A stretch of 64,000 nt of DNA, taken from NCBI GenBank assembly GCA_963812605.1, contig CAWEWF010000006.1, positions 384,001 to 448,000 of the forward strand. The letters run 5' to 3'. Source of the stretch: an uncultured Verrucomicrobiae bacterium (GTDB lineage Bacteria; Verrucomicrobiota; Verrucomicrobiia; Palsa-1439). Below are positions 41,770 through 53,637 of this stretch, piece by piece. A program made the translations under genes and the position numbers. The notes below the pieces were generated by a model. It worked only from the letters and a program-made list of their open reading frames with translations. It searched no databases and had not been told where the DNA came from. The stretch's first letter is position 1; each line of letters starts with the position of its first letter.

Positions 41770-44064
41770 TTACGGCGCGGTTGGCGTGCTGATGTCGATG
41801 CGGTAATACTCATTCGACAGTACCGCATTCGTATCGGTAATCGTGGCCTGATTGCCATTGATCACGGGACCAACGTAAGTGGTCAGTTGCGTCCAAACGC
41901 CACTGACCATGTCCGTGGTGAACTGCGGCGTGTAGGTGCGCCCGCCGGCCACGGGATTAAAGATCAGGTTGACCTGGGTCGGTTGCCCGGTCACGCTGGC
42001 GATCGTAAGCACGAACACCGAGGCCGGGTTGGTCGGATCGAGACCGGCGACAAACTTGAATTGGTTATTCTGGCCAGTGCCATCGAAATCAAATGCCGGG
42101 TCGGCTTGCGGGCAGTTGGTGCACATGAAGTATTGGAGCTGCCACTGGGAGAATGACAGCGCGGATGATGTCGTCGTGGCGCTGACCTCGGCGGAGTTGG
42201 CGCCTTCGTCGCAGACGCCTGCGACAGCCGAGACCACGTAATAATAGGTCGTCCCGCTCGCCAAACCGGTATCGGTGTAGTTGGTCGCCACAATGCCGCT
42301 GACCATCAGGTTCGTGTACGGTCCGCCATGAGTTGTCGATCGCCCAACGTCGTAGCTGCTGGCTCCCGATACGGCGCTCCAGGCCAACGCCACCTGGCCG
42401 ACTTCGCCAGTCGCTGTCACCCCCACGGGTGCAGCGGGCGCCGGCAGGATGATTTCGATCCCACTGGATTTAGCCTGGTCCACGGCGCCGTTCGAATACG
42501 TAATGGAAATCTGTCCATTAGCCGCGGGCGTGACGGCGTACTGCTCGATCACCGCCGTGTTCATCCCGCCCGCCCTGGCGAAGATATCAAAGTTCGTCAG
42601 CACCTGTCTGCCGTTGATGAATACATTGAATTCCCTCTGTCCAGCGCCGCTGAAATAAATCTCAGCCTCATGCAGGCGCACCGTGTAGCTGGTGCCCGTC
42701 GTTAGACCGCTAAACGTGTACATGAAATTGCCATATCGCTCGGTTTTGTAAACGGCCTGGGGCGCGGGGTTGGTCACGGTGCTGGTGACAATCGTCGCGG
42801 TGCTCGTCGACGCGACCGTCCCGCCCGTCTCGTCCGTGTCGGCGACAAATGGGCTGGCCGCGCTGCCTCCTGAATTCACGGCAAAATAATACTCGTAGCC
42901 CACCGGGCTGGCGGCGGCTTCGTTGGAATTGGTGCTTTCGCCAATGGCATTCACGGCGGAAACCACGTAATAGTACTTGGTGCAGTTGGTGACGCTGGTG
43001 TCGGAATAGCTGGTCGCTGTGGTGCTGGCGTTGGTCGTGTACGGTCCGCCGCTGTGGGTTGCCCGCTTCACATTGTAGCTCACGGTATTGGTCGAGGCAT
43101 TCCAATTCAGCAAGACGGATGGGCCAACTGCGGTTGCTGTCAATCCCGTGGGTGTTGGCGGGGGTATCGTCGTCGGAACAAACTGATAGACGCGGACGTA
43201 ATCCACCTGAATTTCCTGGGGCAGAGAAGCCGCGATGCTGTTGGTAGACGGATTGCCAACGTAGTTGCCGCCAGTAGCGAGATTCATGAGCAGGAAAAAT
43301 GGCTGGTTGAAGGGGAACGGATACGCGTTTGTCGTGGAACTGCCCCAACTGGTTTGGGTTTCATAGGCCACACCATCGACCGACCATGTAATCGAGACCG
43401 AGGTGCTCGAGTTGGACACCCAATCCAAATCGTAAACATGGAAGTTGGTGACCGAGTCGCCACTGGTGAAATTGTAAACCTGGGTCGCATCGGTTCCGGA
43501 GTGGATGCTTCCCTGTTCGAAATTGGGTGTACCATTATTCTCCACCACATCGATTTCCCCGCAGCCCGGCCAGAGGGTGCCGACAATGTTGGTTCCCATC
43601 ATCCAGAGTGCCGGCCACATGCCGACGCCGGAAGGGAACCGGGCGCGCCACTCGATGCGCCCATAGAGCGTCCAAAAAAGGCCCTGGGTCTTCATGCGGG
43701 CGGAAGTGAAGCGGAATATGTTGGTGGTTGTGCCGTTGACCACGTTGGTGTTCTCTACTTGAGCATGGATATGCAGCAAGCCGCCGGCAACGAAAGCGTT
43801 GTTGGTGCGGCCGGTGTAAAACTCCAACTCATTGTTGCCCCAGCCGCCGTTGTTGCCGCTTTCGAAATTCCACTTGGTGTTATCGACATTGGAACTGGTA
43901 ACGCTATTGAACTCGTCGCTCCAGATGAGTGACAAGCTTTGGCCGCGTGCCGTGGTCACTGGGACCCCGAGCAGGCCCAAGAGTAGTAGCGTGGCAACGA
44001 CGAGGGTCGAAAGCAGGCGGTGGGTTCGAGACAGCGAAACAAGGATGCGGCGTAATACAGTCAT
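41770..44064 (-). CDS. Secreted GH16 glucanase with FN3, malectin, FN3 and C-terminal YYR domain
   Basis: WSDEF, GWGNNELEFY, WPALWMMG, GEIDVVE; FN3 YYVVSAV twice; malectin VRLHEAEIY...REFNVFING...FDIF. Confidence 0.92.
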   Translation of the reverse strand: MTVLRRILVSLSRTHRLLSTLVVATLLLLGLLGVPVTTARGQSLSLIWSDEFNSVTSSNVDNTKWNFESGNNGGWGNNELEFYTGRTNNAFVAGGLLHIHAQVENTNVVNGTTTNIFRFTSARMKTQGLFWTLYGRIEWRARFPSGVGMWPALWMMGTNIVGTLWPGCGEIDVVENNGTPNFEQGSIHSGTDATQVYNFTSGDSVTNFHVYDLDWVSNSSTSVSITWSVDGVAYETQTSWGSSTTNAYPFPFNQPFFLLMNLATGGNYVGNPSTNSIAASLPQEIQVDYVRVYQFVPTTIPPPTPTGLTATAVGPSVLLNWNASTNTVSYNVKRATHSGGPYTTNASTTATSYSDTSVTNCTKYYYVVSAVNAIGESTNSNEAAASPVGYEYYFAVNSGGSAASPFVADTDETGGTVASTSTATIVTSTVTNPAPQAVYKTERYGNFMYTFSGLTTGTSYTVRLHEAEIYFSGAGQREFNVFINGRQVLTNFDIFARAGGMNTAVIEQYAVTPAANGQISITYSNGAVDQAKSSGIEIILPAPAAPVGVTATGEVGQVALAWSAVSGASSYDVGRSTTHGGPYTNLMVSGIVATNYTDTGLASGTTYYYVVSAVAGVCDEGANSAEVSATTTSSALSFSQWQLQYFMCTNCPQADPAFDFDGTGQNNQFKFVAGLDPTNPASVFVLTIASVTGQPTQVNLIFNPVAGGRTYTPQFTTDMVSGVWTQLTTYVGPVINGNQATITDTNAVLSNEYYRIDISTPTAP

Positions 44065-44445
44065 CGTGAACTGGTCCCGTATTGAACTGGCTTTACTAGT
44101 ATGCCCAACTTGCCACCAAAGTGCAACCCCAAAGATGGATGACAACGTTTTCATTGTAGGCTCAACTGCGATAACGAGATACAAAGGCGAAATCAGCTTG
44201 CATCAGGGTATTACATCCAAAAGTGCCCGACCAAGATTTCGTTTGCAGAATACCGCGGCGCAGCAATTGGGTGTCGTGTGTAACAGGAGAGGTTTTTCGC
44301 AGAGAAGCCAAGCTGTTCCCAGAGGCGATAATCGAACTCTTCCAAATGAGAGGATTTGGTGCGGTTTTTCAAACATCAGATCGCCTGTAAGCCAGAGTAA
44401 TATTGATTTACAAGACGTTAGATCGGTTGCTCCTTTCATCTGAAA

Positions 44446-44462
44446 CTGGTGCGATTGCTGCT
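44446..44462 (+). promoter_or_regulatory. Possible sigma-54 promoter of the PEP-CTERM gene
   Basis: CTGGTGCGATTGCTGCT, GG-N10-GC. Confidence 0.5.
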
Positions 44463-44479
44463 AAAGCACAGCCCTGACG

Positions 44480-45238
44480 ATGGGATTCAGGGCAAAAAAC
44501 GTCATAGCGGGTTGTCTTGTAGTTACCGCACTGGTTGTCGCGTCTGTAACGCACGCTCTAACCTTCACTGGCTCGGGTCCGGGCAATGATCCCGGCGAAA
44601 CATTAGAAGCGTCGGCGACGTTCAGCGTTTCCAATCAGGATCTGGTTGTCACACTCTCCAATACCGGCGCCTTTGACCCGAACGATGCTCCCGACATACT
44701 CACGGCGATTCTCTTCACGATCGCCGGAGATCCGATCCTGACGCCCGTCTCCGCCCAGGTCGCACCCGGTAGTTTTCTCACCGGTCATCGCCTGCTGCCC
44801 GGTTTTATGGGCGACGTTGGCAGCCAATGGGCCTATCGAAACGGCCTGGCCGGCGCCCCGCTCGGGGCAAATGAAGGAATCTCCAGCACCGATCTGAACT
44901 GGTTTGGGAAGAAGAATCTTTTTTCAACCGTGAAAATCCCCGGAGCCAAGTCATTCAATGGCGTGTCCTTCGGGCTCACCACGCTCTTTGATTTTCCCGC
45001 CAATGACCGCGGCAGTATCAAGAACCAGACCTTGATCGAGAACTCGGCCGTTTTCGTTTTCTCCGGGCTGCCGGCGGAGTTTGCTGTGTCGAGCATCTCC
45101 AACGTCACTTTCCAGTACGGCACCAGCGTCAAACAACCAGAACTCATGGGCGTAGCGCTTATTCCCGAACCCACCACCATCTTGCTGGCGGCCGCAGGCC
45201 TGGGAGCCCTGGCGTTTTCATGCCGCCGGCGAGTGTAG
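44480..45238 (+). CDS. PEP-CTERM (exosortase-dependent) surface protein
   Basis: Signal peptide; C-terminal IPEPTT + TM + CRRRV. Confidence 0.9.
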   Translation: MGFRAKNVIAGCLVVTALVVASVTHALTFTGSGPGNDPGETLEASATFSVSNQDLVVTLSNTGAFDPNDAPDILTAILFTIAGDPILTPVSAQVAPGSFLTGHRLLPGFMGDVGSQWAYRNGLAGAPLGANEGISSTDLNWFGKKNLFSTVKIPGAKSFNGVSFGLTTLFDFPANDRGSIKNQTLIENSAVFVFSGLPAEFAVSSISNVTFQYGTSVKQPELMGVALIPEPTTILLAAAGLGALAFSCRRRV

Positions 45239-45344
45239 GCGGCATTACAAAGATTACGGCCCGAGGCGAACACGGTAGTAGCGGCCAGGGCCATTGGTCA
45301 CCCCGCCCGCGTCGAGATAACACATCAGGACACGGCACACGTAC

Positions 45345-45383
45345 AAAAAAACTCACACACGCCGCGACTGCGGCGTGTGTGAG
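45345..45383 (-). terminator. Intrinsic terminator
   Basis: 14-bp perfect stem ctcacacacgccgc-gact-gcggcgtgtgtgag with an A7 tract on + (U tract on minus). Confidence 0.85.
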
Positions 45384-45419
45384 AAAGCGGGGTCTAACCC
45401 CCATCGAAATAACTCAGGA

Positions 45420-46144
45420 TTAGCGACTGCGACGACGACGCATCAACAATGGTAAACCAACGAGAAGGCCCATCGGCCCCAAGCATCAACGAAGACGGCT
45501 CAGGAACGGCCACCAAACTAAGGTCATCAATCCAAGTACCGGCAGACCCGTTACTCTCCACCACATCGACGGAGATTGCATATACGTCCATATAGGCCGT
45601 CCCGGCGGGCGCGGTGAAAACGCCAGTATCCAGGGGAATCCAGAACTGATTGCCCTGAACCCCGGTGCTAATCGTGACGTTGTTGGAATTAATCTGGTTC
45701 GAGAATATGGCGTGTGCCCGGACTAGTCTGCACGGTACCTAGGTTCGCACCGGCTGCACTGAAGAAAGTGGCCTGGACGCCAGAAAAACCGCTGACAATG
45801 CTATTAGTGACCAAACCATAAGCCGTCAGGTCAAACTCCGAGCCAGCCGTTATATTCGTAAGCTGGGATTGAGCGGTCCTTCGAAGGCAAGGTTCACAGC
45901 ATTACTACCCGCCGGCAGCCTAAAAGAGTGACCTCCTGTCGGTGGCGTGGCTGGTGTACGGGAGAAACCGGTCGAGCGTACCGCACCGCCAAGGTTCCAA
46001 CCGCCCGCGCTTGCCGCCGTATTAAGCTCCTCACTTGGATCGATCAATAGGTTTTGGGCCGATGCTGAAAAAGTGGAAATGAGACAGGCCAGTGCTGAGA
46101 TACCGCCCAACAAGCAAAACTCGCTTCAATGTAACCGTTTGCAT
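45420..46144 (-). pseudogene. Second PEP-CTERM protein, broken by several frameshifts (pseudogene or poor sequence)
   Basis: Signal peptide ...FSASAQNLL; C-terminus WIDDLSLVAVPEPSS / MGLLVGLPLLMRRRRSR* across frames. Confidence 0.75.
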
Positions 46145-46404
46145 AAACCCTTCCCTCGCCTTTCTGCTTTCGATTTAACTCGCCCGCGTCGACAAACCTT
46201 TTGCTTCTCCGCCTCCCATCATACAAATCCGCATGGCTAATGCAAGCGTTTTCTTTTAGGGATAACCAGTCTTTTTACCACCCTGCCACCTCTCAAATTT
46301 GAGGCGATTACTTGGAATCCATTTACTAGCATCGCCAACTCTTGACGACATAAGCTATGTAACCGCCCAAGAGAGAAGTTCTTATGGAGAAGTGTAAATA
46401 CGAT

Positions 46405-48813
46405 TCAAGTCTCCACTTCACCTTCAATACCCTTACTCCAACTTTCAAACCTGGCCAGGGAGACGGTTATTACAAGACTAACGATACTGATCGCCAGCGA
46501 CCACCACAGGATTGCAGGTGAAAAACGCACGACAATCTGCCCCTGACCGGCTTGCTGGAATTACGAGGCCTTGGAACGCCCCGAAAACTTCGATCAGTTT
46601 TATCCGCTCATTGTCAGTCACCCAGCCGGGGTAAAATGTTTGTGACACAAAAATGATGCCTGGGCGCGTCAGGTTGTAAGAGACGGTGTACTTCTCCGGT
46701 GTCACGCTCTCGATCTGAACCACATCATTAGTATCTGTCTCCTGACTTTGCTCGTCTCCCGTCGGCAGGTCGACCGTTGGGAAATCGCGCACAGCGGCTA
46801 CACTGCTCCAATTTATCTCGCCGTCTTCCAACGCTCCCAGTAAAGCGGCCGTGGAATCGTAGCGACGGACTCGTGAGAAGAATCGGGCGCGCGGGAACGT
46901 ATGCGTGACTTCGGCGAGCAGATAAGGACCTGGCGCGTCCCTGACCGCGACGGCCTTGATATTTTGAATCGCGAGCTTGGCATTCTCATTGGTGATGCTT
47001 TGAAATCGCGCCACCGTATCCAAATAAAAACTCGTGTACCCCTCGGGAACCTCCATGAAGTCATGGAAATACGGCAGGTTTTGAAACGTGGCCACCTCCT
47101 CGTGAAGGCCGCCCTGGGTGATCTGACCGAAACGGTAGGGTCCCCAGCGTTCGCGGTCATCCTTCAAGAGCGTAAGCAAACTGTTGGTTTCTGGGAAACA
47201 CCTGTCAGGGCTGGCTCCTCCGCGCTGAATGTCCCCATACGCATGATAGAAATCAGCAACGGAGACGGCTAGCAGGCTGCACAAACACAGTTGTTGCATC
47301 CGTCGCCGATGACTGCGAACTGCGCCAATGACCGCGCACGCGCAGAGGGCACTCACCGCCAAAGCGAAAGACGTTTCGTGGCGCGACCAATTCAGCCTGT
47401 CAACACGCTGCAGCGCGGACGGCAGATGCTCCGCACCGAAAAACAGCGCCGACGCAAGACCGGCACAGGTTGCGGCCGGCAGAAGACCGGCCAGCAACGC
47501 AGCGGCTGCGCGCGGCATCTGAGCACCTCCACCGAATAAGCGCTGAGAACCGCGGCGGCAAAGGTGGCCACACAGGACATTTTGGCCGGCCCGCGGAACA
47601 TCGATACCCCGGGGAGGATGTGGTACAGGACTTGAAATAAGCCGCCGTATCGGCCCAACATGAACCAGGTTGCCACGGCCCAGGTCGCCACAAAAAAGCC
47701 AACCAGCTGCCGGTTCTCGATGCTCCGCCAATTGCAGAGAACCAGCAGGAGTGCGACCCAGAAGATTTGCCCGGCATAAGACCCAAATTCCCAGTACAGC
47801 CAATAGCCTCCCCCGTTTCCGAACTGGTTTTGGATGACGGTAGCGCTGCGCGGATCGAAACCCCAAAACGCAACCGGTGAGTTCGTGAACTGGGTCTCCC
47901 CGAAGAAATTGGGCACAAGCAGGGTCAGGAGCTGATCGTACGGCAGCGAGATGTCCGCCACGGTGTCAAGCGACTGATGCGGTCGTCCCGTGTGCAACCA
48001 GTTTTCCGCCGCCGGAATCACCATGCAGGCGCTCAAGCCGAAAACGAGGAGGAATGTCCCAACCAGTTTCGGCGCATCCTTCCCCGCTATTTGCCAGATC
48101 GTTAATTTCCAATCCGAATTTTGTTCCCGGCGCCGGCCATAGCAGCGATACAGCCAATAAGCGATGACCAGATACCAGCAGTAAACGGTGGTCTGCTGAT
48201 GTCCCGCCAGCAACGACAGGAGCATGGCCCCGCCGAGACCCAGCCAGGCGCGGCGGCCTCCGCCGGACGTGAGGCTATGCACGCAGAGAAGTTGTAGCGG
48301 AAGCCATGCATACACCTGAATCATGACAAAATTCACGATCCGAAGTGAAGCGAAGCCGGAGAGAGAAAAGACGAGCGCGCCGGCGAGCGCCGCCATGGGA
48401 CTGAGTTTGAGCCGTTTGAGAAACGCATACATGAGCAAGCCGCCCAGCAGGTAATGGAGAACGATGTAGCGCTGATAAACCAGGAACGGCAACCGTCCAT
48501 CTTCTACGAAGGGAACCAGGAGCCATTGCGGCGGATAAAACACGGCCATCTGAGGATCAGAATAAAACGGCAGGCCATCGCGAACGCCCGGAAACCAAAG
48601 GGGAAAACGGCCGCCCTGGATCGATTTCGCGAAGTAATTCACACCGGGATAGAACTCCGTCAGGGTGTCGTCCGAGATATACGACCGCCCGATCCAGAAG
48701 CCCCAATAAAAGAAGACGAGGGTCAATACCAGGGCGGCGATGGCGACCGCATCCGGATTCCATTGCCGGCTGGGCCGGATCTGGTTGTCAGCGGCCCCGA
48801 GATTTATCATCAC
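46405..48813 (-). CDS. YfhO-family (GT-C-like) polytopic membrane protein; frameshifts near 47480 and 46550
   Basis: D...FYP, GRFPLW, GLPFYSDPQ..FYPP, LLAGHQQ, FRGPAK, FYPGW. Confidence 0.85.
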
Positions 48814-49132
48814 AAATCCAGATTGCGATTTCCCAAGGAATGACTTTCATGATACGGCGTCCCTTCCCTCCTGCGCATTCTTAACGAGCAGGTGCGGGCG
48901 GAGTCAACGAGATTACAGATTGTAATAATTCTGGCGCTCCCTGACGGCGATTCCGCAGTAACTCCTTTCATCTAAGCCATATCCCAATTGGGTTCGGAAG
49001 GCCCTTGCGGCGTTGCTTCCAAGGTGCAGTTTCATTGTGGTAACCAGCCGAAAAGCCTTGCTTTCCCTGCCCTGTATGGCAACATCGTGACGGTCGCGGT
49101 CCAAACCATCATGTGAAAAGAGGTAGAAGTAT

Positions 49133-49306
49133 ATGAAAAGGTGTCTACAGAAACTTGTTCGCGGGGTCAAGAAGCAATCAGGTCAGAGTCTGGTGGAGTA
49201 CGCGCTGATTCTGGCTTTGATCGCGGTCGTGGCGATCCTGGTTCTTCAAGGACTCGGCGGCAAGGTCAATAATACGCTGTCGTCCGTCAACGCGAACCTG
49301 CCCTAA
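49133..49306 (+). CDS. flp: Flp-family type IVb pilin (57 aa, below the ORF-track cutoff)
   Basis: MKRCLQKLVRGVKKQSG|QSLVEYALILALIAVVAILVLQGLGGKVNNTLSSVNANLP*; AGAGGT RBS. Confidence 0.92.
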   Translation: MKRCLQKLVRGVKKQSGQSLVEYALILALIAVVAILVLQGLGGKVNNTLSSVNANLP

Positions 49307-49403
49307 AGCGGCAGGGCGCGTCGCGCGCGGGCTGATTCGTCGGTATTCCACCGCCAGTTTCCCGGGCGATTCGCTCGGGGTGTGGAACGACGCGCAAAGT
49401 TTG

Positions 49404-49625
49404 TTATTGAGTTCCCTGCACTCGCGCCAGGTTCCTTTGCGCCAGGATGAAATCGGGCCAGATTCGCAACGCCTGCAGGGTCAGCCACAACAAGATGGCA
49501 CTGGCGTAGTGCAGCGCGAGATTGACCACGCGGTACCCGACCGGGCGATTGCCCCATAACCGCCACTCCAACCACCACAAACTTCCAATCAACGGATAGT
49601 AGTCCGCCGCGTCCGTCGGGTTGAT
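49404..49625 (-). pseudogene. Collapsed remnant of a TMTC-like membrane/TPR protein
   Basis: DYYPL..SLWWLEWRLWG...GYRVVNLALH joined directly to a terminal TPR-like QALRIWPDFILAQRNLARVQ*. Confidence 0.7.
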
Positions 49626-50010
49626 TTAGCAATCCCGCGTGCCCGGTTTATCACCGCAACAAACCCAGTACACCCAAGCGATCAACACTGCCTTGAAGGG
49701 GAAGACGCGCCCATAATGTCCATTGCGGTATTTGCACGCCAGGCCAGCCATGCAAGGCCACTTGCACGTTCGCCGGGAAAACGGCCACCAGCAGGACAAT
49801 CAGACCCCAGCCCGCCAGCCGCCGCATTTTGGGGATGAGAACACCCAACCCCCCGGCTATTTCCGCAACGCCGCTCGCAATGATCAGCCCCGCGTGCCAA
49901 GGAAGATACGGCGGCATCATGGTGAGATAAGGGCCCGGATTCAGAAAATGATTCGCACCGGCCGCCACAAAGAATACAGCCAGGATCCAGAGTGCAACGG
50001 CGCGAGTCAT
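49626..50010 (-). CDS. DoxX-like membrane protein; frameshift near 49692
   Basis: FVAAGANHF, MMPPYLP, SGVAEIAGG, AVFPANV, RLPLQ. Confidence 0.85.
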
Positions 50011-50094
50011 GGCACTTGGAATGTGGAACGACTTATTTGCAACACGATTCCCCTCTCCATTTGGCAAAGCCTAATAAACCTGCGAAGGAACCGC

Positions 50095-50218
50095 AAGCGG
50101 GACGCTCGCGCTACCAGAAGAAAGGCTGCCTTGGGATGAATTCTGGTCCTGCTGAAAGTAGAACGGGCGTCTCGCCCGTTTTCCCATCTCAATGAACGGG
50201 TGCCTCGCCCATTCTACA
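50095..50218. repeat. GTAG REP-like elements (one single, one inverted pair)
   Basis: agcgggacgctcgcgctac; gtagaacgggcgtctcgcccgtt ... aacgggtgcctcgcccattctac. Confidence 0.65.
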
Positions 50219-50222
50219 AACA

Positions 50223-50254
50223 TAAAGGCCGTGCGCGTTAACGCACGGCCTTTA
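50223..50254 (-). terminator. Terminator downstream of glutamine synthetase
   Basis: 13-bp stem taaaggccgtgcg-cgttaa-cgcacggccttta. Confidence 0.8.
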
Positions 50255-50290
50255 CAACGAATTACCGGGTTCGGCTGAAAGCCCGAAGCC

Positions 50291-51317
<1,027 letters not shown>

Positions 51318-51392
51318 GAGGATGAATTCCGAATGCTTTTATTTTGATTTTGGGACGCTGAACTCGCCAGCGTTAACGGTGCTGCCCCGTCT

Positions 51393-51409
51393 AGCAGGCG
51401 AAATGCCAT
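51393..51409 (-). promoter_or_regulatory. Sigma-54 promoter of glnII
   Basis: Minus strand ATGGCATTTCGCCTGCT, GG-N10-GC, about 75 nt upstream of the start. Confidence 0.75.
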
Positions 51410-51610
51410 TGGGGGAAAGAACTCGCGTGACAACCGTCCGGAACGCGTTGAAAAGCCCGCCGACAGGGCGTTTCCTTCACATCGCCATTTCTGTTTTGAA
51501 AAACGCTCTCCGAACGACAACTGTATTTATTTGCTCGGGCTGCGCGATTTTCCTACCGTACAAAGTGTCTTTCCCAAGGGAAGTAAATGCGCCATAGTTG
51601 AAAGCCAAAC

Positions 51611-51994
51611 ATGCTGCCAGTGAAGGATACTCTCCGGGCGACGGTCAAACTCAGTTTCGATGGCCGGGTGTACAAGACGTACCACGGCCCCGACGCAGCG
51701 GCGCGATTCGCCAAAGAGGTGCGGGTCCTGCGCCATCTCGAAGCTCGGGGATGCGGGTTTGTGCCCAGACTGCTCGAGGCCGATCCCCAACGACTCCGGA
51801 TCATCACCACGAACTGTGGTAACCGCGTGGAGCATGTGGATGCGAAACGCCTGCGGGAATTGTTTGCCGAGCTTGAGCCTTTCGGCGTCCGCCACGACGA
51901 TCCCGACATCCGCAACGTGACCTACCGCCAGTCCGATGGGCGCTTTTGCCTGATCGATTTTGAGCTGGCCACCATCCTGCCGGGCTTCGAGTGA
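51611..51994 (+). CDS. Minimal protein-kinase-like (APH/Kdo-kinase fold) protein
   Basis: VYK, KEVRVL, VPRLL, HDDPDIRN catalytic loop, LIDFE. Confidence 0.75.
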   Translation: MLPVKDTLRATVKLSFDGRVYKTYHGPDAAARFAKEVRVLRHLEARGCGFVPRLLEADPQRLRIITTNCGNRVEHVDAKRLRELFAELEPFGVRHDDPDIRNVTYRQSDGRFCLIDFELATILPGFE

Positions 51995-52006
51995 CCGCGC
52001 ACCGCC

Positions 52007-52851
52007 ATGGATCTTCAACGCCAAGTGCCCAGCCCCGAAACGTCTCAAGTGGTTTGGCGAGACCGATCGCGGCAAGGTTCGCTCCAATAATGAGGACGCC
52101 TTCCTGGGTCTTCGGTTCGACTCCAAAGAAGTTCACCATCTGGGAAAGCACGGGGAGGCGCCGACGAAGACCACGGACTTTGTTTTCGCGGTGAGCGATG
52201 GGATGGGCGGGGCAAAGGCCGGGGAATACGCCAGCCGAATTACGATTGAAAAAATCACGGCACTGCTCCCGCGCTCGTTCCAACAATCCGCCGTGGGATT
52301 GGCCGCCGGGTTTGAAGATGTGCTGACGGAGCTTTTCAATGAAATCCACGAGCGCGCTGACGTACGTGGGGAGCAGTTACCATGAGTGCGCGGGGATGGA
52401 GGCCACCCTGAGCCTGTGCTGGTTCACGCCGCGCTGGATGTATTTCGCGCATATCGGCGACAGCCGGATTTATTATTTGCCGGCGCGGGGTGGCGGGATC
52501 AAACAACTCAGCCAGGATGACACGCACGTGGACTGGCTGTTCCGCACCGGGCAGATCAATGAACGCGAGGCCCGTTCCCACCCGCGCCGCAACGTGCTCC
52601 AAAAAGCCCTCGGCGGCGACAACCAGTTTGTCGATCCGCAATTCGGCGCAGTGGCCTATGAGCCCGGGGACATTTTTCTGCTCTGCACGGATGGTTTGGT
52701 GGAAGGCCTCTACGACAACCATCTCCTCGACCTGTTGCGCCCGCCTAAATCCGCCAAATCGCACGCCAACCCCGCGCGCCGCCTGGTGCAGGAGTCGCTG
52801 GAGAAAGACGGCCGCGACAACACCACCGCCCTCGTGATCCAGATGGTGTGA
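52007..52851 (+). CDS. PP2C-family Ser/Thr phosphatase; frameshift near 52345, start uncertain
   Basis: TDRGKVRSNNED, VSDGMGG..AGE.AS, HIGDSR, LLCTDGL, GRDNTT. Confidence 0.92.
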
Positions 52852-52858
52852 GAAATCA

Positions 52859-52888
52859 GCTCCCCGCTTTGGACGATTTGCGAACCTT
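52859..52888 (+). repeat. 30-bp direct repeat, copy 1 (att-like)
   Basis: gctccccgctttggacgatttgcgaacctt, 28/30 identical to 55163-55192. Confidence 0.8.
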
Positions 52889-52940
52889 TAGAATTCAGTT
52901 GCCGAGACCGACGACTGGGGCACACCGATATTAGCCTGCA

Positions 52941-53546
52941 TTATTTCTGTATCTCGTACGCTTCTGAAAAGTCCTGCTTCGATGGCGTCTCTTCGTCGAG
53001 ACCTGCGCTCAACAACGGGGAAACACTCGGCATCGGGTGGACATACCACTTGCCGTTGCTGTCCTTGATCACCATCGTCCGATTGAGCGCATGGTCGCCG
53101 TTTTGGAGGAAAACTCCAACATCCACGAACATAATATCCTGAAAGTCAAATGACGCGTAACCGTACGACGCGGGCCCACTCATGCTGAGATGGCGCGCCG
53201 CGAAAACCTTCCCGACGGACTTCGGTCCACCTGGTGAAGGCTCCTTCTTGGCAGCTTCCGCCCTCATTCCGGCCATCGTGTTCATGAGAAACGTCGCATA
53301 ATCCGCCGGTCCCCTACCGCCTCCGTAAAGCCTGATGCAAGTATTGGTGAACAGTGCGACATCACGGTTAATAAATGCTCGTGCCAAATCGCAAGCTGCG
53401 CCCTCTGGTGTATCGTGGCCACTCGGATAACCATCGGCGGCCACTCTCAATTTCGGCTTTGTGGCCGTGTCGGCAGCGACGGAATAGAGAATCATTGTGA
53501 AGATACAAAAAAGTGTTGTAAGCGCTTTCATATTGCGTGCGTGCAT
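52941..53546 (-). CDS. Hypothetical exported protein
   Basis: Open 201-aa frame with signal peptide; WYVHP near the C-terminus. Confidence 0.7.
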   Translation of the reverse strand: MHARNMKALTTLFCIFTMILYSVAADTATKPKLRVAADGYPSGHDTPEGAACDLARAFINRDVALFTNTCIRLYGGGRGPADYATFLMNTMAGMRAEAAKKEPSPGGPKSVGKVFAARHLSMSGPASYGYASFDFQDIMFVDVGVFLQNGDHALNRTMVIKDSNGKWYVHPMPSVSPLLSAGLDEETPSKQDFSEAYEIQK

Positions 53547-53637
53547 GGTCAGCTATGTGAAGCCCATTAGACCTCTGATAGAACCCCTAGGAAAGCACAA
53601 AAAAAGACCCTACCACTTAGATATTGTGGGCTGGGCT

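Noticed and set aside
53610-53632. NrdR-box-like sequence ccacttagatattgtgg
   Set aside because: Imperfect, single copy and not near ribonucleotide reductase genes
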